Below, piece after piece: positions 1 to 10,579 of a stretch of DNA of 64,000 bases (positions within the stretch are counted from its first letter, which is position 1; every line of letters starts with the position of its first letter). The translations under genes and the position numbers were made by a program. Source of the DNA: an uncultured Spirochaetota bacterium (GTDB taxonomy: Bacteria > Spirochaetota > Spirochaetia > SZUA-6 > Fen-1364); assembly GCA_963820525.1 (NCBI GenBank), contig CAWGAA010000001.1:992001-1056000 (forward strand), read 5' to 3'. The notes below the pieces were generated by a model. That model did not search any database and was not told the DNA's origin. It saw only the letters and a program-made list of their open reading frames with translations.

Positions 1-2
1 CC

Positions 3-653
3 AATCCACGGTACGCGGGCTACGGCCTTCAGTATGACCTTGTCACGGGCCCCATCGAATGGAGCCTTGCCGGATTCTACCAGTACCTCCTCACTCCTCG
101 ATGCCTGCTGGCAATGAAGACCAGCATGTTCGGTTTCGACCTCTCCGCCGAAACGACCATGGCCTTCCCGGTGACGTTTTCGCCTTCCGGGATCAAGCCG
201 ATCGGCACAAGCGGCGGCGGCATCTCCGTAGGCGGCACACTCGAGCGCATCTACCCCACTGCGGTCATCGGACTGTCCAGGGAGTGGGAGGACGTCCATA
301 TCAAGCTCCATGCGGAATACGGGTACAATGGCGAACGCGACCCCGGCACCTCCTGGCTTCAAGACCAGACCGGGCCCGGCGGCCACAGCTCCGCGCTCGC
401 TGTCCGTTTTGGGAACCTGGGCCCTTCCGGCCTTGCCCTCAACCTGCTCTGGCAGCAGAGCTGGTCGGACTGGTCGTGCCTCCTCGCGCCTTTCCTGGAG
501 CTTTCACCGGTGCCGTTGACCACGATACAGATCGGGCTCCCCGTGATTATCGGCTCCGAGGGCAGCGAGGTCTTGAACAATCGTCTGGTGCCGGGGGGAA
601 AGCAGCTCGAGCTCCTCATTCTTGTCAAGGTCTCAAGCAGTTTCAGGCAATAG
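3..653 (+). CDS. Hypothetical protein, 5'-partial; possibly an outer-membrane beta-barrel
   Basis: The frame of ORF 114..653 stays open to the window edge (NPRYAGYGLQYDLVTGPIEWSLAGFYQY...). It has alternating hydrophobic, beta-strand-like segments and an aromatic residue near the C-terminus. Confidence 0.55.
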   Translation, partial: NPRYAGYGLQYDLVTGPIEWSLAGFYQYLLTPRCLLAMKTSMFGFDLSAETTMAFPVTFSPSGIKPIGTSGGGISVGGTLERIYPTAVIGLSREWEDVHIKLHAEYGYNGERDPGTSWLQDQTGPGGHSSALAVRFGNLGPSGLALNLLWQQSWSDWSCLLAPFLELSPVPLTTIQIGLPVIIGSEGSEVLNNRLVPGGKQLELLILVKVSSSFRQ

Positions 654-703
654 GATGCCGCGCGAGACGCTTATGAGCCTGGACATCGGGACAAAACCTC
701 GGG

Positions 704-1147
704 ATGAGGCCGAAAGGATCCGCTGAAGCTCTGCGGGCGCGCCGGCAAAAAGCCGTCGCGCTGCTCTCTCAGGGGATTTCTCTGCGCGAGATCGCGCGCC
801 GCATCGGCTGCAACGCCAGCTCCGTCATGAGATGGCGTGACAAGTGGAACGCCCTCGGGGAGGAGGGCCTCGAGGTGCTGACTTCAACGGGCCGGCCTGC
901 AAAGTTGAACACGCGGCAGAAGACACAGCTGTTGGGATTCCTGCGTCAAGGACCCAAAGCCTTCGGATTGAATTCGGATGCTTGGACCCTGAAGCGGGTC
1001 ACTACCCTGATTCAGAGGAAGTTCTCCGTCGATTATCACTTCACCCATGTCGGACGGCTTTTGCATTCCCTGGGGTGGCGCCCGCTCAAGTCCGAGCCGC
1101 TCGACTCCGGCCGCACCAAGGCTCCGCGAGGCTGGGCGCCCGGCTAG
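704..1147 (+). mobile_element. IS630-family transposase N-terminal HTH region; no DDE domain (remnant)
   Basis: R-R-x-x-A-V-x-L...SLREIARRIG...SVMRW, GRPAKL, WTLKRV...I...F.V.YH...V.RLLH.LGW pattern typical of IS630 N-termini. No catalytic domain follows in any frame. Confidence 0.75.
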
Positions 1148-1292
1148 AGCCGATTTTTTTGCCCTGAATGTTGCATTTATTTTGCTAACTTCCGCACATC
1201 TGCGATGGCAATCCCGGTCTTACGCCCGCCGCAGCATCGACTACCGATTGATCGACCTGGACGATCTCTTCAAATTCGCTACAATAGCGGTC

Positions 1293-1814
1293 ATGAATAA
1301 ACCATGGTTGTTCCTCGTGGCCGTTGTTGCCCTGATTTCGCAGGCGCCTGGGCTTTACGCCGCCGGCTTCGATGCGCTTCTTCCCCTGATGGTCGATCTT
1401 CCCGGCTGGGAGGCTGAGAAGGCCGATGGCGCCGACATGAGCGCCTCGGGGATGCGTGCCGTAACCGTCTACCGCAGCTACCAAAGCGGTGATCGCACCT
1501 TCGAGGCCACCATCCTCATCGGCACGCAAGCGACGTCGACCTGGATGCCCGACTACAAGGAGGGCTACAGGATGGAGACGCCGGAAGGTCTTCTGGAGGT
1601 GAAGAAGATCAACGGCTTCCTCGTGTTCTCCAGCTTCGAGAATGAGGGTGGGTCCGGCGGAATCGTCGTGCTTTTACAGAACGCGGCGAGCACGTCCGAC
1701 ACCGGGGCCGTGTTGGCGATCAGCTTCGAAGGCCTCGCCCGGGAGGAAGCCTTGAAGATGGCGCAACGCTTCAACTGGGCGAAGATGAAGGAACAGGTTG
1801 CCAGGCTGAAGTAG
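1293..1814 (+). CDS. Exported hypothetical protein
   Basis: ATG at 1293 inside ORF 1047..1814 starts a signal peptide (MNKPWLFLVAVVALISQAPGLYA). Confidence 0.7.
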   Translation: MNKPWLFLVAVVALISQAPGLYAAGFDALLPLMVDLPGWEAEKADGADMSASGMRAVTVYRSYQSGDRTFEATILIGTQATSTWMPDYKEGYRMETPEGLLEVKKINGFLVFSSFENEGGSGGIVVLLQNAASTSDTGAVLAISFEGLAREEALKMAQRFNWAKMKEQVARLK

Positions 1815-1920
1815 CCGGTGCGCTCGGGGCCGCACGCTTTTCGATTTGATGAGAAGTGCGACAACGCCTCATGTGAGGCTTGCAGCGCAGCAGGCCATGT
1901 TTGCCGACAAGGAGGACGGG

Positions 1921-2304
1921 ATGGAAAAGAAAGCAGTCGTTCCCAAACGCGGCCCGAAGCCGGTCGGGCCTTACTCTCCGGCAATCTCGTACGGCGATCT
2001 CGTATTCGTCTCGGGCCAGGGTCCGATGAACCCGGACACCGGCCAGGTCGAAAAGGGCGACGTGGAAACCGAAATGAAGATCGCCATGGAAAACGTGCGC
2101 CTGCTTCTCGAGGCGGCGGGGAGCAGCCTTGACAGAGTCCTGAAGACCACGGTCTATCTCGCCGATATAGACGATTTCACCCGGATGAACACGCTGTACA
2201 GCGCCTACTTTGCGAAGCCCTACCCCGCCCGAACGACCATCCAGGCCGCACAGCTTCCCCTGGGGATCAGGATTGAGATAGATGTAATAGCGTCGCTTCG
2301 CTGA
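1921..2304 (+). CDS. ridA: RidA/YjgF/UK114 family enamine/imine deaminase
   Basis: GPYSPA, VFVSGQ, KTTVYLADIDDF, PART and LP...IEID motifs; GGAGG RBS at 1911. Confidence 0.9.
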   Translation: MEKKAVVPKRGPKPVGPYSPAISYGDLVFVSGQGPMNPDTGQVEKGDVETEMKIAMENVRLLLEAAGSSLDRVLKTTVYLADIDDFTRMNTLYSAYFAKPYPARTTIQAAQLPLGIRIEIDVIASLR

Positions 2305-2349
2305 GGCTTGCGTAACCACGGCGGGGCCGCGAGGCAGCCGGCGGGCGGG

Positions 2350-4344
2350 TCACGCCCTCAGCCAGACCGTCATTTCGCCGTTCGGCTCGCGGTTGCCCCA
2401 TTGGTGGTAGGGGATCGCGGTTATCCTGATAGGCTTGCGGGATTGCCGTGGATCGGCCGCTCTGTAGAGGCTCGATTCCTGGCCCCGCGGGGCGTGCGCC
2501 GCGCTTCGATATCCGCGGGTATGGATCACGCACGTGCCTCCCATCAGGTCCGGCCGGTATTCGGCCTTTGCCTCGGCGCCGGGCTCGAGGGTCAATGCGT
2601 TCAGGCCGGGGCCATTGTCGCATGACTCGACGCAGTAGACGAGGGGCCCGCGTCGAATCGCCAACTTTCCCGCCAGCTCCCTTACCTGAGGATTGGCCTG
2701 GATGAAAAGGATTGGCATGGAGAGGTCCAGGACGACCTTGTCCGACCCCGACCAGGCTCGCGTGATTTCAAGATACCCTTTCTCGACCGTGCTTTTCTCC
2801 AATGGTTTCCCGTTGACGGAACAGGTGAAGGACGTGCACCAGGACGGGATGCGCAGAGCGAGGGTGAATGCGGCGCCTTCCCCCTTGACGGTCAATTCGA
2901 TCTTCCCCAGCCAGGGGTAATCGGTGACCTGCGTGATTGTAACGCGCGAAGAGCCCAGGGTGAGCGACGTTTCGCTTCCCCCGTACTGCTGAACCCAGAC
3001 GGTATGCTCGTTCCTCGTGTAAAAATTATGGGAAATGGAAGCGATCAGGCGGGCGATATTGGGAGGGCAACAGGCGCATCCGAACCAGCGGATCCTGCTC
3101 GTCTCCACGTGCGCGTGGTCGTGCCGATACCGAGCGACATCGGGCTGTACTTCGAGGGGATTCACGTAGAAGTAGCGGGACCCATCGAGAGAAACCCCGG
3201 AGAGGATTCCGTTGAACACCGCCGTCTCGATGACATCGGCGTATTCGGAGCGGGGATCGCAGAGAAGCATTCTCTGCGCCCAAAAAACGAGGCCGATCGA
3301 GGCGCAGGTTTCCGCGTAGGCCGTATCGCTGGGCAGATCGTACCCGATGGAGAATCTTTCTCCGAAGGATTGGGAGCCCAGCCCGCCGGTGATGTACATC
3401 TTCTTCCCGACCAGGTCGTTCCACAGCGCGTGGAGCGCCTTGCCCAGCGCTTCATCCCCGGTTTCCAGGAACTGATCCGTCATGGCTGAATACAGGTACA
3501 TGGCTCGAACGGCGTGACCCGTTACCTCGGATTGCTCACGCACGGGTTTGTGGGCAAGATAATAGTCCGCCCGCTGCCAGCGATTTTCCACGATCGCAAA
3601 GCCGTACGGGTGGGGGGTGGACCTCAAATCCCGTTCGAAAACGCTCGGATCCCTCCCCCGCTCATCGATGAAATAGACTGCCAGATCGCGGTAGCCCTGA
3701 TTTTCCGTGACGCGATACAGGCGGAAGAGGGCCAGCTCGATTTCGGGATGGCCGCAATACCCCCGCCGCTGGCCAGGTCCGGTCCCAAACTCCCGCGCAA
3801 TCAGATCCGCGTAGCGGCAGATGATGTCCAGGAGAGATCTCTTGCCGGTGACCTGGTAGTGCGCCACGGCGGCTTCGATGAGATGCCCCGCACAATACAG
3901 CTCGTGGGCCCAAACGAGGTCCGTCCACCGTTTCTCCGGTTCCTTCACGATGAAATAGGTATTGAGGTAACCATCGGGCCGCTGAGCCCTGCCGATGCAC
4001 TCGATCAGCCGATCGAGCCTCTCGTCCAGGTCCTGGTCGTAGTGCGTGGCCAGGCTGTAGGAGGCGGCCTCGATCCACTTGGCGACGTCGCTGTCCTGAA
4101 ACACCGTACCGGCGAAGTTCCCTTGTGAATCGCCCGAAGCGATGCGGAAGTTTTCCACCGCGTGACTGGGAGCCGCATCAGGGATCCTGTCGTTCAAGGC
4201 GTCCCATTGGTAGGGGATCAGCCTGTCATTGACCATGTCGATCTTCATCTTCCAGAAGCCGGACTGGATCGTGACGTCCCGATCAACGCGCTGCGCCGCC
4301 ATCCGTCGGGAGCTCTTTCTGGGCTGCCGGGCCTTTCCGCTCAT
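2350..4344 (-). CDS. Glycoside hydrolase family 127 (beta-L-arabinofuranosidase-like)
   Basis: FQDSDVAKWIEA, HELYCAGH, GHPEIE, GHAVR, AETCASI and CACCPPN motifs (Zn/Cys catalytic set). Confidence 0.93.
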   Translation of the reverse strand: MSGKARQPRKSSRRMAAQRVDRDVTIQSGFWKMKIDMVNDRLIPYQWDALNDRIPDAAPSHAVENFRIASGDSQGNFAGTVFQDSDVAKWIEAASYSLATHYDQDLDERLDRLIECIGRAQRPDGYLNTYFIVKEPEKRWTDLVWAHELYCAGHLIEAAVAHYQVTGKRSLLDIICRYADLIAREFGTGPGQRRGYCGHPEIELALFRLYRVTENQGYRDLAVYFIDERGRDPSVFERDLRSTPHPYGFAIVENRWQRADYYLAHKPVREQSEVTGHAVRAMYLYSAMTDQFLETGDEALGKALHALWNDLVGKKMYITGGLGSQSFGERFSIGYDLPSDTAYAETCASIGLVFWAQRMLLCDPRSEYADVIETAVFNGILSGVSLDGSRYFYVNPLEVQPDVARYRHDHAHVETSRIRWFGCACCPPNIARLIASISHNFYTRNEHTVWVQQYGGSETSLTLGSSRVTITQVTDYPWLGKIELTVKGEGAAFTLALRIPSWCTSFTCSVNGKPLEKSTVEKGYLEITRAWSGSDKVVLDLSMPILFIQANPQVRELAGKLAIRRGPLVYCVESCDNGPGLNALTLEPGAEAKAEYRPDLMGGTCVIHTRGYRSAAHAPRGQESSLYRAADPRQSRKPIRITAIPYHQWGNREPNGEMTVWLRA

Positions 4345-5174
4345 GCCTTGATCCCGCCCATCGTGAGGCCCTCGACGAACGATTTTTGAGCCAGGAAAAA
4401 GAGGATAATGAGAGGGGCCGTGACGAGAGTCGCGGCGGCCATGAGAAGGTGCCAGTCCGAGGTGTACTGGGACAGCATGGACTGCAGCCCGAGGGCGAGG
4501 GTGTACATCTTGCGCTCGTTCAGGTAGAGCAGCGGGCCCAGGTAGTCGTTCCAGCTCCCCAGGAAGGTAAAGATCGCCACGACCGCAAGCGCGGGCCGCG
4601 TCATCGGAACAATGATATGGATGAGGATCTGCGGGTACGTCGCGCCATCGATGAATGCCGCTTCATCGAAATCGGGTGGGATGGTCCTGAAGAATTGCAC
4701 AAGCATGAAAATGAACAGCGCATTGCCGAAGAAGGAGAGAACGGTCAATGGGAGAAAGGTGTTGATGCCATGGAAAAAATGCCACTCGATGAATAACGGG
4801 ATCAGGGTGATGGATGTCGGCATCATCAGCGTTCCTATGCTCAGGGAGAACATGAGCTTGCGTCCCCGGAACTTGAGGCGTGCCAGGCCGTACGCGATGA
4901 TCGTGTTGGAAAAAAGCGCGCCGATGATGTTGACCATGACGATGAACAGCGAATTGAAGTAGTACCTCGCGAAGGGCATGATGGAAAAGACCTCCACGTA
5001 GTTCCGCCATTGGGGCGCATGCGGAAAAACGCGGGGGGGCGATGCGAAAATCTCTGATATGGTCATCACGGAGCTTCGAAGCTGCCACAGGAAGGGGAGC
5101 AGGAACAGGGCCGACAACAGCACGAGGAGCGCCGTAACCTGGGCATGAAAGACAGCTGCCCGCGGGAATTTCAT
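4341..5174 (-). CDS. Carbohydrate ABC transporter permease (MalG-like)
   Basis: Multiple TM segments; EAA loop IPPDFDEAAFIDGA; WNDYLGP. Confidence 0.93.
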   Translation of the reverse strand: MKFPRAAVFHAQVTALLVLLSALFLLPFLWQLRSSVMTISEIFASPPRVFPHAPQWRNYVEVFSIMPFARYYFNSLFIVMVNIIGALFSNTIIAYGLARLKFRGRKLMFSLSIGTLMMPTSITLIPLFIEWHFFHGINTFLPLTVLSFFGNALFIFMLVQFFRTIPPDFDEAAFIDGATYPQILIHIIVPMTRPALAVVAIFTFLGSWNDYLGPLLYLNERKMYTLALGLQSMLSQYTSDWHLLMAAATLVTAPLIILFFLAQKSFVEGLTMGGIKA

Positions 5175-6181
5175 CTCTTGTCTCCCTCATAGTAGACCCA
5201 CCGGCCCGAGCTCTTGAAAAGCACCGCGGACAGAAAGACCGTCACGACGATGAACACCCACGCCATGGCGCAGGCGTAGCCCATCTTGCTGAACTGGAAC
5301 GCCTGCTGGTATATGTCCAGCAGGTAGGTGAGGGAAGCGTTCGAAGGCCCGCCATGAGTCATGATGTAGGGCTGCGTGAATATCTGCAGGCTGTTGATCA
5401 GCCCGATCACGAGGTTATAGAAGATCACGGGGCTCATGAAGGGAACGATGACATGCCGAAACTCATCCCAGGCGTTCCCGCCGTCGATGGAAACAGCCTC
5501 ACGGAGCTGTCGCGGTATGCCTTGAAGACCGGCGAGGAAAATGACCACGACGTTTCCGACGGTCCAAAGATTCATGAACACCAGGCTCGGGATCACCTGC
5601 TCGGAGCTGAAGATCCACATCTGCGCCGGCAACCCGAGCTGCTCCAGGATGATGTTCAACAAGCCGAAGTTCGGGTCGAAAAGCCAGAGCCACATGGCCG
5701 AGGTGACCACGACAGGAATCAGGGACGGGATGTAAAAGATGGTGCGGTAAATCCCGATCCCCCTTATCCTGGAAGTCAACAGCATCGCCAACCCAAAGGC
5801 GATCAAGAGCTGGAGCGGGACGGCGAGCAGGGTGTACTGCAGGGTGACGATGACGGACTGCAGAAAAAGGGGATCCGTTGTGAACATCGTGATGAAGTTT
5901 CCGAGGCCTACGAAGCGCGGCGGGCTTATCATATTCCACCGCCAGGTGCTGGCAACGAGGCTGATCCCCAGCGGGAACGCAACCCAGATGGTCAGGCCAA
6001 GAGACAGGGGCATGATGAAGATCCAGCCCCAGAAACTCTGGCTCCTCTCCATGGATCCTTTTCTCGTAGCTCTCTTGCGTGTTTCCACCTGGTGCCCGCC
6101 TTGGTCGTTTGTTATCGGCGTCTTCGGGTAAGACTCCAATGCGCGGGGCGAGGGAGGGCCCGGATTCGGCATCCGGGACAC
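5171..6181 (-). CDS. Carbohydrate ABC transporter permease (MalF/UgpA-like); true start possibly GTG at 6088
   Basis: FVGLGNF; YRTIFYIPS; EAA loop LQGIPRQLREAVSIDGG. Confidence 0.9.
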   Translation of the reverse strand: MSRMPNPGPPSPRALESYPKTPITNDQGGHQVETRKRATRKGSMERSQSFWGWIFIMPLSLGLTIWVAFPLGISLVASTWRWNMISPPRFVGLGNFITMFTTDPLFLQSVIVTLQYTLLAVPLQLLIAFGLAMLLTSRIRGIGIYRTIFYIPSLIPVVVTSAMWLWLFDPNFGLLNIILEQLGLPAQMWIFSSEQVIPSLVFMNLWTVGNVVVIFLAGLQGIPRQLREAVSIDGGNAWDEFRHVIVPFMSPVIFYNLVIGLINSLQIFTQPYIMTHGGPSNASLTYLLDIYQQAFQFSKMGYACAMAWVFIVVTVFLSAVLFKSSGRWVYYEGDKR

Positions 6182-6208
6182 ACCCTCGCTCCCGCAAAGG
6201 AAAAGATC

Positions 6209-7537
6209 CTAGTTGTATGCGCCCTGCAGCAATCCGGATTTCCGGATCTGAGCGGCTGCCTTGGTGAGCGCTTCCTTCGCCGTTGCCTTTCCCGTCCAGA
6301 CCGAGTCCAGCGCCGGCGTGACATACGTCGTGATGAGCTCCGCGTTGTTGACCAGGCGCGGTTCCAGCTGCGCGACCTTCATCGAATCAACGACCGCTCC
6401 CTTGAAGCCCTCGGGGTGGACCGGGTTTGAGATCCACTTTGCCAGGTCTGCCGGGTTGGTGTACCACGAGGCTTTCGTGGGCATCCACAGGCCCTCCGAG
6501 TACAAGGCCAGAGTCGCATCGGGGGTCATCATCCACTTCTGAAGCTCCCAGGCCTCCGCGGGATGCTTGGTCGAGGCGAAAATAACGTTCGCTCCGCTGA
6601 GGTAGACCTGGGCTGGCGTCTTATGGATGGGCAATGCGCCGACCCCATACGGGAAATTCTTCTTGCCGAAGTCCAGCAGCTCCCACTGTCCGCTAACATA
6701 GAAGGCGATCTGACCGGTCTGAAGCTGGGTCTGCGCGGCAGCCATGCTGGTGGTCGAGGCGGTCTGCGGCATAACGTGGTGCTTGTTCATCAGGTCCGCC
6801 AATCTCTGGATTGCCTCGATGGTCTCGGGCTTGTCGAGCAGGACCTGCTTCCCGTCACGGGAGAAGAAGCCGCCTCCGTTGCCCCAGACCGTGGGATAGA
6901 GCATGAACGTCCACAGCTCGTACCGGATGCCCCATTGCAATACTCTTTGTGCGTTGAAGCCCGGATCGTCCGGGTGTTTTCCATTCCTGTCCGTGGTGAT
7001 CTTTTTCAGGTACGTGACGAATTGGTTCCAGCTCCAGCCCTTCGTGTAGTCCGTGGGGGGCTGGGGAACGCCGGCATCTTGAAGAACATTCTTGTTGTAG
7101 TAGAGGACCTGGCACTCTGCCGCCGTGTAGGCGCCGTAGATCTTGCCGCCGTTGGAAAGCCACGTTGTCGGCAGATAGTCCTTGATCATCCCGTCCCGGT
7201 TGGCCAGCTGCGTCAGGTCGAGGAAAAACCCGTTCTTTGCATAGTTGTCGAACTCTTCGGGGCGGAAATACCCGAGATCCGGCAGCGTGTCCGAGGCAGC
7301 CATTGCCTGCATCTTTGCATTGTATTCCGTTCCCGTGCCCGTGACGGCGAGATACATCGGCTCCGCCGTGATCCCGGGATGCGCCGCCTCGAAATCCTTG
7401 AGCGCAACTCGAATGGCCTCGTCTTCCGCCGGGCTGCCCCAGTAGATGTAGGAAATCTTGACGGGCGCAGCGAAGCACATACCGGCCAGCACGAGGCCTA
7501 TGGCCAACGCTGCGGTGAAAATGATGAGCTTCTTCAT
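6209..7537 (-). CDS. Sugar ABC transporter substrate-binding protein
   Basis: Signal peptide MKKLIIF after a GGAGGAG RBS; LYYNK, WSWNQF and SGQW motifs of family 1 SBPs. Confidence 0.9.
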   Translation of the reverse strand: MKKLIIFTAALAIGLVLAGMCFAAPVKISYIYWGSPAEDEAIRVALKDFEAAHPGITAEPMYLAVTGTGTEYNAKMQAMAASDTLPDLGYFRPEEFDNYAKNGFFLDLTQLANRDGMIKDYLPTTWLSNGGKIYGAYTAAECQVLYYNKNVLQDAGVPQPPTDYTKGWSWNQFVTYLKKITTDRNGKHPDDPGFNAQRVLQWGIRYELWTFMLYPTVWGNGGGFFSRDGKQVLLDKPETIEAIQRLADLMNKHHVMPQTASTTSMAAAQTQLQTGQIAFYVSGQWELLDFGKKNFPYGVGALPIHKTPAQVYLSGANVIFASTKHPAEAWELQKWMMTPDATLALYSEGLWMPTKASWYTNPADLAKWISNPVHPEGFKGAVVDSMKVAQLEPRLVNNAELITTYVTPALDSVWTGKATAKEALTKAAAQIRKSGLLQGAYN

Positions 7538-8072
7538 CCTCTCCTCCTTCGTTTTGAGTTTTGCCACCTGGGTGACTCAACCACTTTACAGCCACACTGC
7601 GAACCTGCAACCTACCAACTCCTGAGCATACGTGACGTTTTCCGACTTCACCTGAATCAGTCACATACCCGGGGTTCTATCCCGCATCCCGAAGGCCGCC
7701 CATCAGCCTCAAGAGGTATTCGCCCTCTTTTCATGGAGTATCCCGGCAGGGAATTAGCCAAAACGACACAGCGGCTGAGTTCTTTTGATACACTTTTGGT
7801 ACGATTTCTCGACATTCCATTTAATCCATGCCCTGTTGTGGAGGCCGCAATGAATTGATATACTGTTCAAGACGCTTCGCGCCTGGTTTTTTTGCGGTCC
7901 GGCACAGGCGATCGAGCCTGTCCCGGTATCGATTTTTGACACATGTCAAATTCCGTCCTTCAGTGACGGGTTCCGACTTTCCCTGGTGTCAGGGGGCCTG
8001 ACGGTTCCAACGGCAGGAGCAACGCGATAGTATGGTTTCTGCAAAGGCCGCGGGCCTGACAGGAGGTCGCGA

Positions 8073-8963
8073 CTGAGCTACTTTCTCTTCCCCGAGCTTC
8101 CCGGAATCCACTCTGACGATTGCGGCTGCGCCATGCTCAATCCCGGTTGGATCCACATGAAGAGGAGACTCGCGCAGACGGTCATCATCCTTGGCCGGAA
8201 GAACTCGGCATTCCTCGAAGACGAGGGGGAGCAGATCGAAATACGGCCCAATCGCATCTGCATACTCGCTGCCGGGCGAATGCACCAGGGTACGAAAGCA
8301 ATTGCGGTGCCGGTATCCTACTACTGGCTGCACTTTGCCACTCCCGCCCTTCCGGTCCTGCTCTCCGACGACGAGGCGGACACGATCCTCAACAACAGGG
8401 ATGTCATCAAGCAGCGTCTCAGCAGGGCCGCCCTTGTCAAACAGCAACTTGACCTGAAGGACCCCGAGCCCTTCAACAGGCTTTTCCATGATCTGCTCTA
8501 CGAGCAGGAGCGTCCCTCCTATACCACCTGGAAGTTCAAGCTGCTCGTGCAGCAACTGCTGATCAAGGCGACCGAGGCGACTATCGCGGAGCATGCCGTG
8601 CCCCGAACCCTGCCCACGGACTCAGACATTGTCTACGCGATCCTTTCGCTCATCGCCGAGCGGCTTTCCGACCCAAACATTTCCATCAAGTACATCGCCG
8701 ATGTCCTGCGCCACAACCCTGACTACATCGGCAGAAAATTCAAACGCGTTATGGGGCTCTCCATAGGAGATTACGTTCTGCAGAAGCGCATCGAAGTGGC
8801 CACGCTGCGGCTGCAGGAAACCTATGGATCCGTTGCCGAGATTTCGGCCCAATGCGGTTTTGGATCCGTGCGGCATTTTCTGCGCCAGTTCAAAGCGGTC
8901 CAGGGTATCACCCCGACGGAGTTGCGGGCGCGTTACAGGACGATGTACATCAACAGCCTCTGA
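8073..8963 (+). CDS. AraC-family transcriptional regulator (probable CTG start at 8073; first ATG at 8133)
   Basis: C-terminal HTH pair (SIKYIAD...YIGRKFK...SVAEISAQCGF...F.RQFK...G.TP). AGGAGGT at 8061-8067 precedes an in-frame CTG. Divergent from the sugar operon. Confidence 0.88.
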   Translation: MSYFLFPELPGIHSDDCGCAMLNPGWIHMKRRLAQTVIILGRKNSAFLEDEGEQIEIRPNRICILAAGRMHQGTKAIAVPVSYYWLHFATPALPVLLSDDEADTILNNRDVIKQRLSRAALVKQQLDLKDPEPFNRLFHDLLYEQERPSYTTWKFKLLVQQLLIKATEATIAEHAVPRTLPTDSDIVYAILSLIAERLSDPNISIKYIADVLRHNPDYIGRKFKRVMGLSIGDYVLQKRIEVATLRLQETYGSVAEISAQCGFGSVRHFLRQFKAVQGITPTELRARYRTMYINSL

Positions 8964-8984
8964 GACTGCCCCAAGCTCCCGGTT

Positions 8985-10387
8985 TCACGAGGCGGGCAGG
9001 CACCGCTTCAGGATTGCGATCCCCGTATTGATGCGTCGGGCATCCAGCATCCCAAAGCCGAGGACGAGGGCATCCTCCCATCGTCCCTTCCTGACGGCGT
9101 GGTCTTCCACCGGATATACCCCGACCCCCGCCAGGTCGATCCTGTTCAACAGGGTCGGGGTGAACCTGATGCCGGGGAAGCGCACGCATACGTGAAGGCC
9201 CGAGGCCGTACCCAGGATCCGCACCTCCTCGTTGAAATGGCGATTGAGAGCATCGAGGAGAAGCTCACGTGATTCCCGGTATGCCTTTTTCATCACGGCG
9301 AGATGCCGGGCAAAATGCCCGTCCATGATGAAGCGTGCCAGGACGAGCTGCTCAATGGCGGGAGCATGGAAATCAGCACGCCGCTTGGCGTTGCGCATGC
9401 CCGCGATCAGGGCCGGCGGCACGACGATGAACCCGACTCTCAATGAGGGGAAGAGAGTCATGCTGAAAGTGCCGATGTAAATCACCCGGGGAGGGCAGAG
9501 TCCCTGGATCGAGCTGACGGGAGGAGAATCGTAGCGGAAATCACCGTCGTAGTCCTCCTCCACGACGAAAGAAGAATGCCTCCGCGCATAGCTCAGGAGC
9601 TGCACCCGTCTCTGCACAGGCATGGTTCCGCCCAGGGGAAACTGGTGAGAGGGGGTGATGTGGATAAACGCGGGCTTCGCCCGCTGCGGCAGCGCATCGG
9701 TCACAAGCCCCTGTTCGTCCGCGGGCACGGGGATGATCCGCCCCCCCAGGCCGGCGACGATTTGCCGGCTGTCCGCCGAGCCCGGATCTTCCATGATGCA
9801 TGCCGGCCGGGCGCTTTTAAGGAGCAGCCTGCTCACAATCCCCATGGCCTGCGTCGACCCGCTGGTGATCAGGATCTGCTCTGGATGGCAACACACCGCA
9901 CGATGAGAGGCGAGATACCGGGCAATCTCCCGCCGCAGCTCCGATCTTCCCTCCGGCTGTCCGTAGGAAAGATCGAGCGGCGTCACATGACGCCATACGT
10001 CCCCCGCGATCCGCTGCCAGAGCCTGGTCGGGAACCGGCTGAGATCCGGTACGCCGGGGCGAAAATCGATGAGATCGAAACGGAAGGGCATGAACTTGCC
10101 GGGAGCGGGGGGACGGCATCCGGCACCGCCTGAGTCCTGAATACCGCGCCGGCGGCCACGAGAAGGGAATTCGGGGGCTCCGCCTCAAGATACCCCTCCG
10201 CGATGAGCTGGTCGAGAGCGTCCCTCACGGCGGTTGGCGAAACATTCATTTCCCGTGCAATCTGCCGGGCGGAACTCATCCGTGCACCGGGGGGGAGCGC
10301 CTCGGAAAGAATTCGGCCCCTGATGAGGGCAAAGATCCGGGAAGCTGCCGGCTCCCCAGATCCACGGCTGGTTTCAGGAAACGACAT
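8985..10387 (-). CDS. MocR/GabR-family regulator (GntR wHTH plus PLP aminotransferase-like domain), frameshifted near 10105
   Basis: The HTH (LPPGARMSSARQIAREMNVS...LDQLIAEGYL) is in one frame and the TPSHQFPLG, EEDYDGDF, YIGTFS domain is in another. The break is at a G6 run (10107-10112). Confidence 0.85.
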
Positions 10388-10579
10388 TCCTATCCTTTTC
10401 CCCTTGGCGCTCTTTATTTTTCCATGAATGCAGGGGAATTGTAAATGAGCCAATCTCGCCACCCATTCGCACCTTCCCCGAACCGCGCTCCCCGAAGGCC
10501 GCAGAGCCCGCATGGGCGCGGCTGATATCCAGAGTCTACAAAGTCGCGATGCCGGACCCGGCGAAGGCACCCGACCGAA

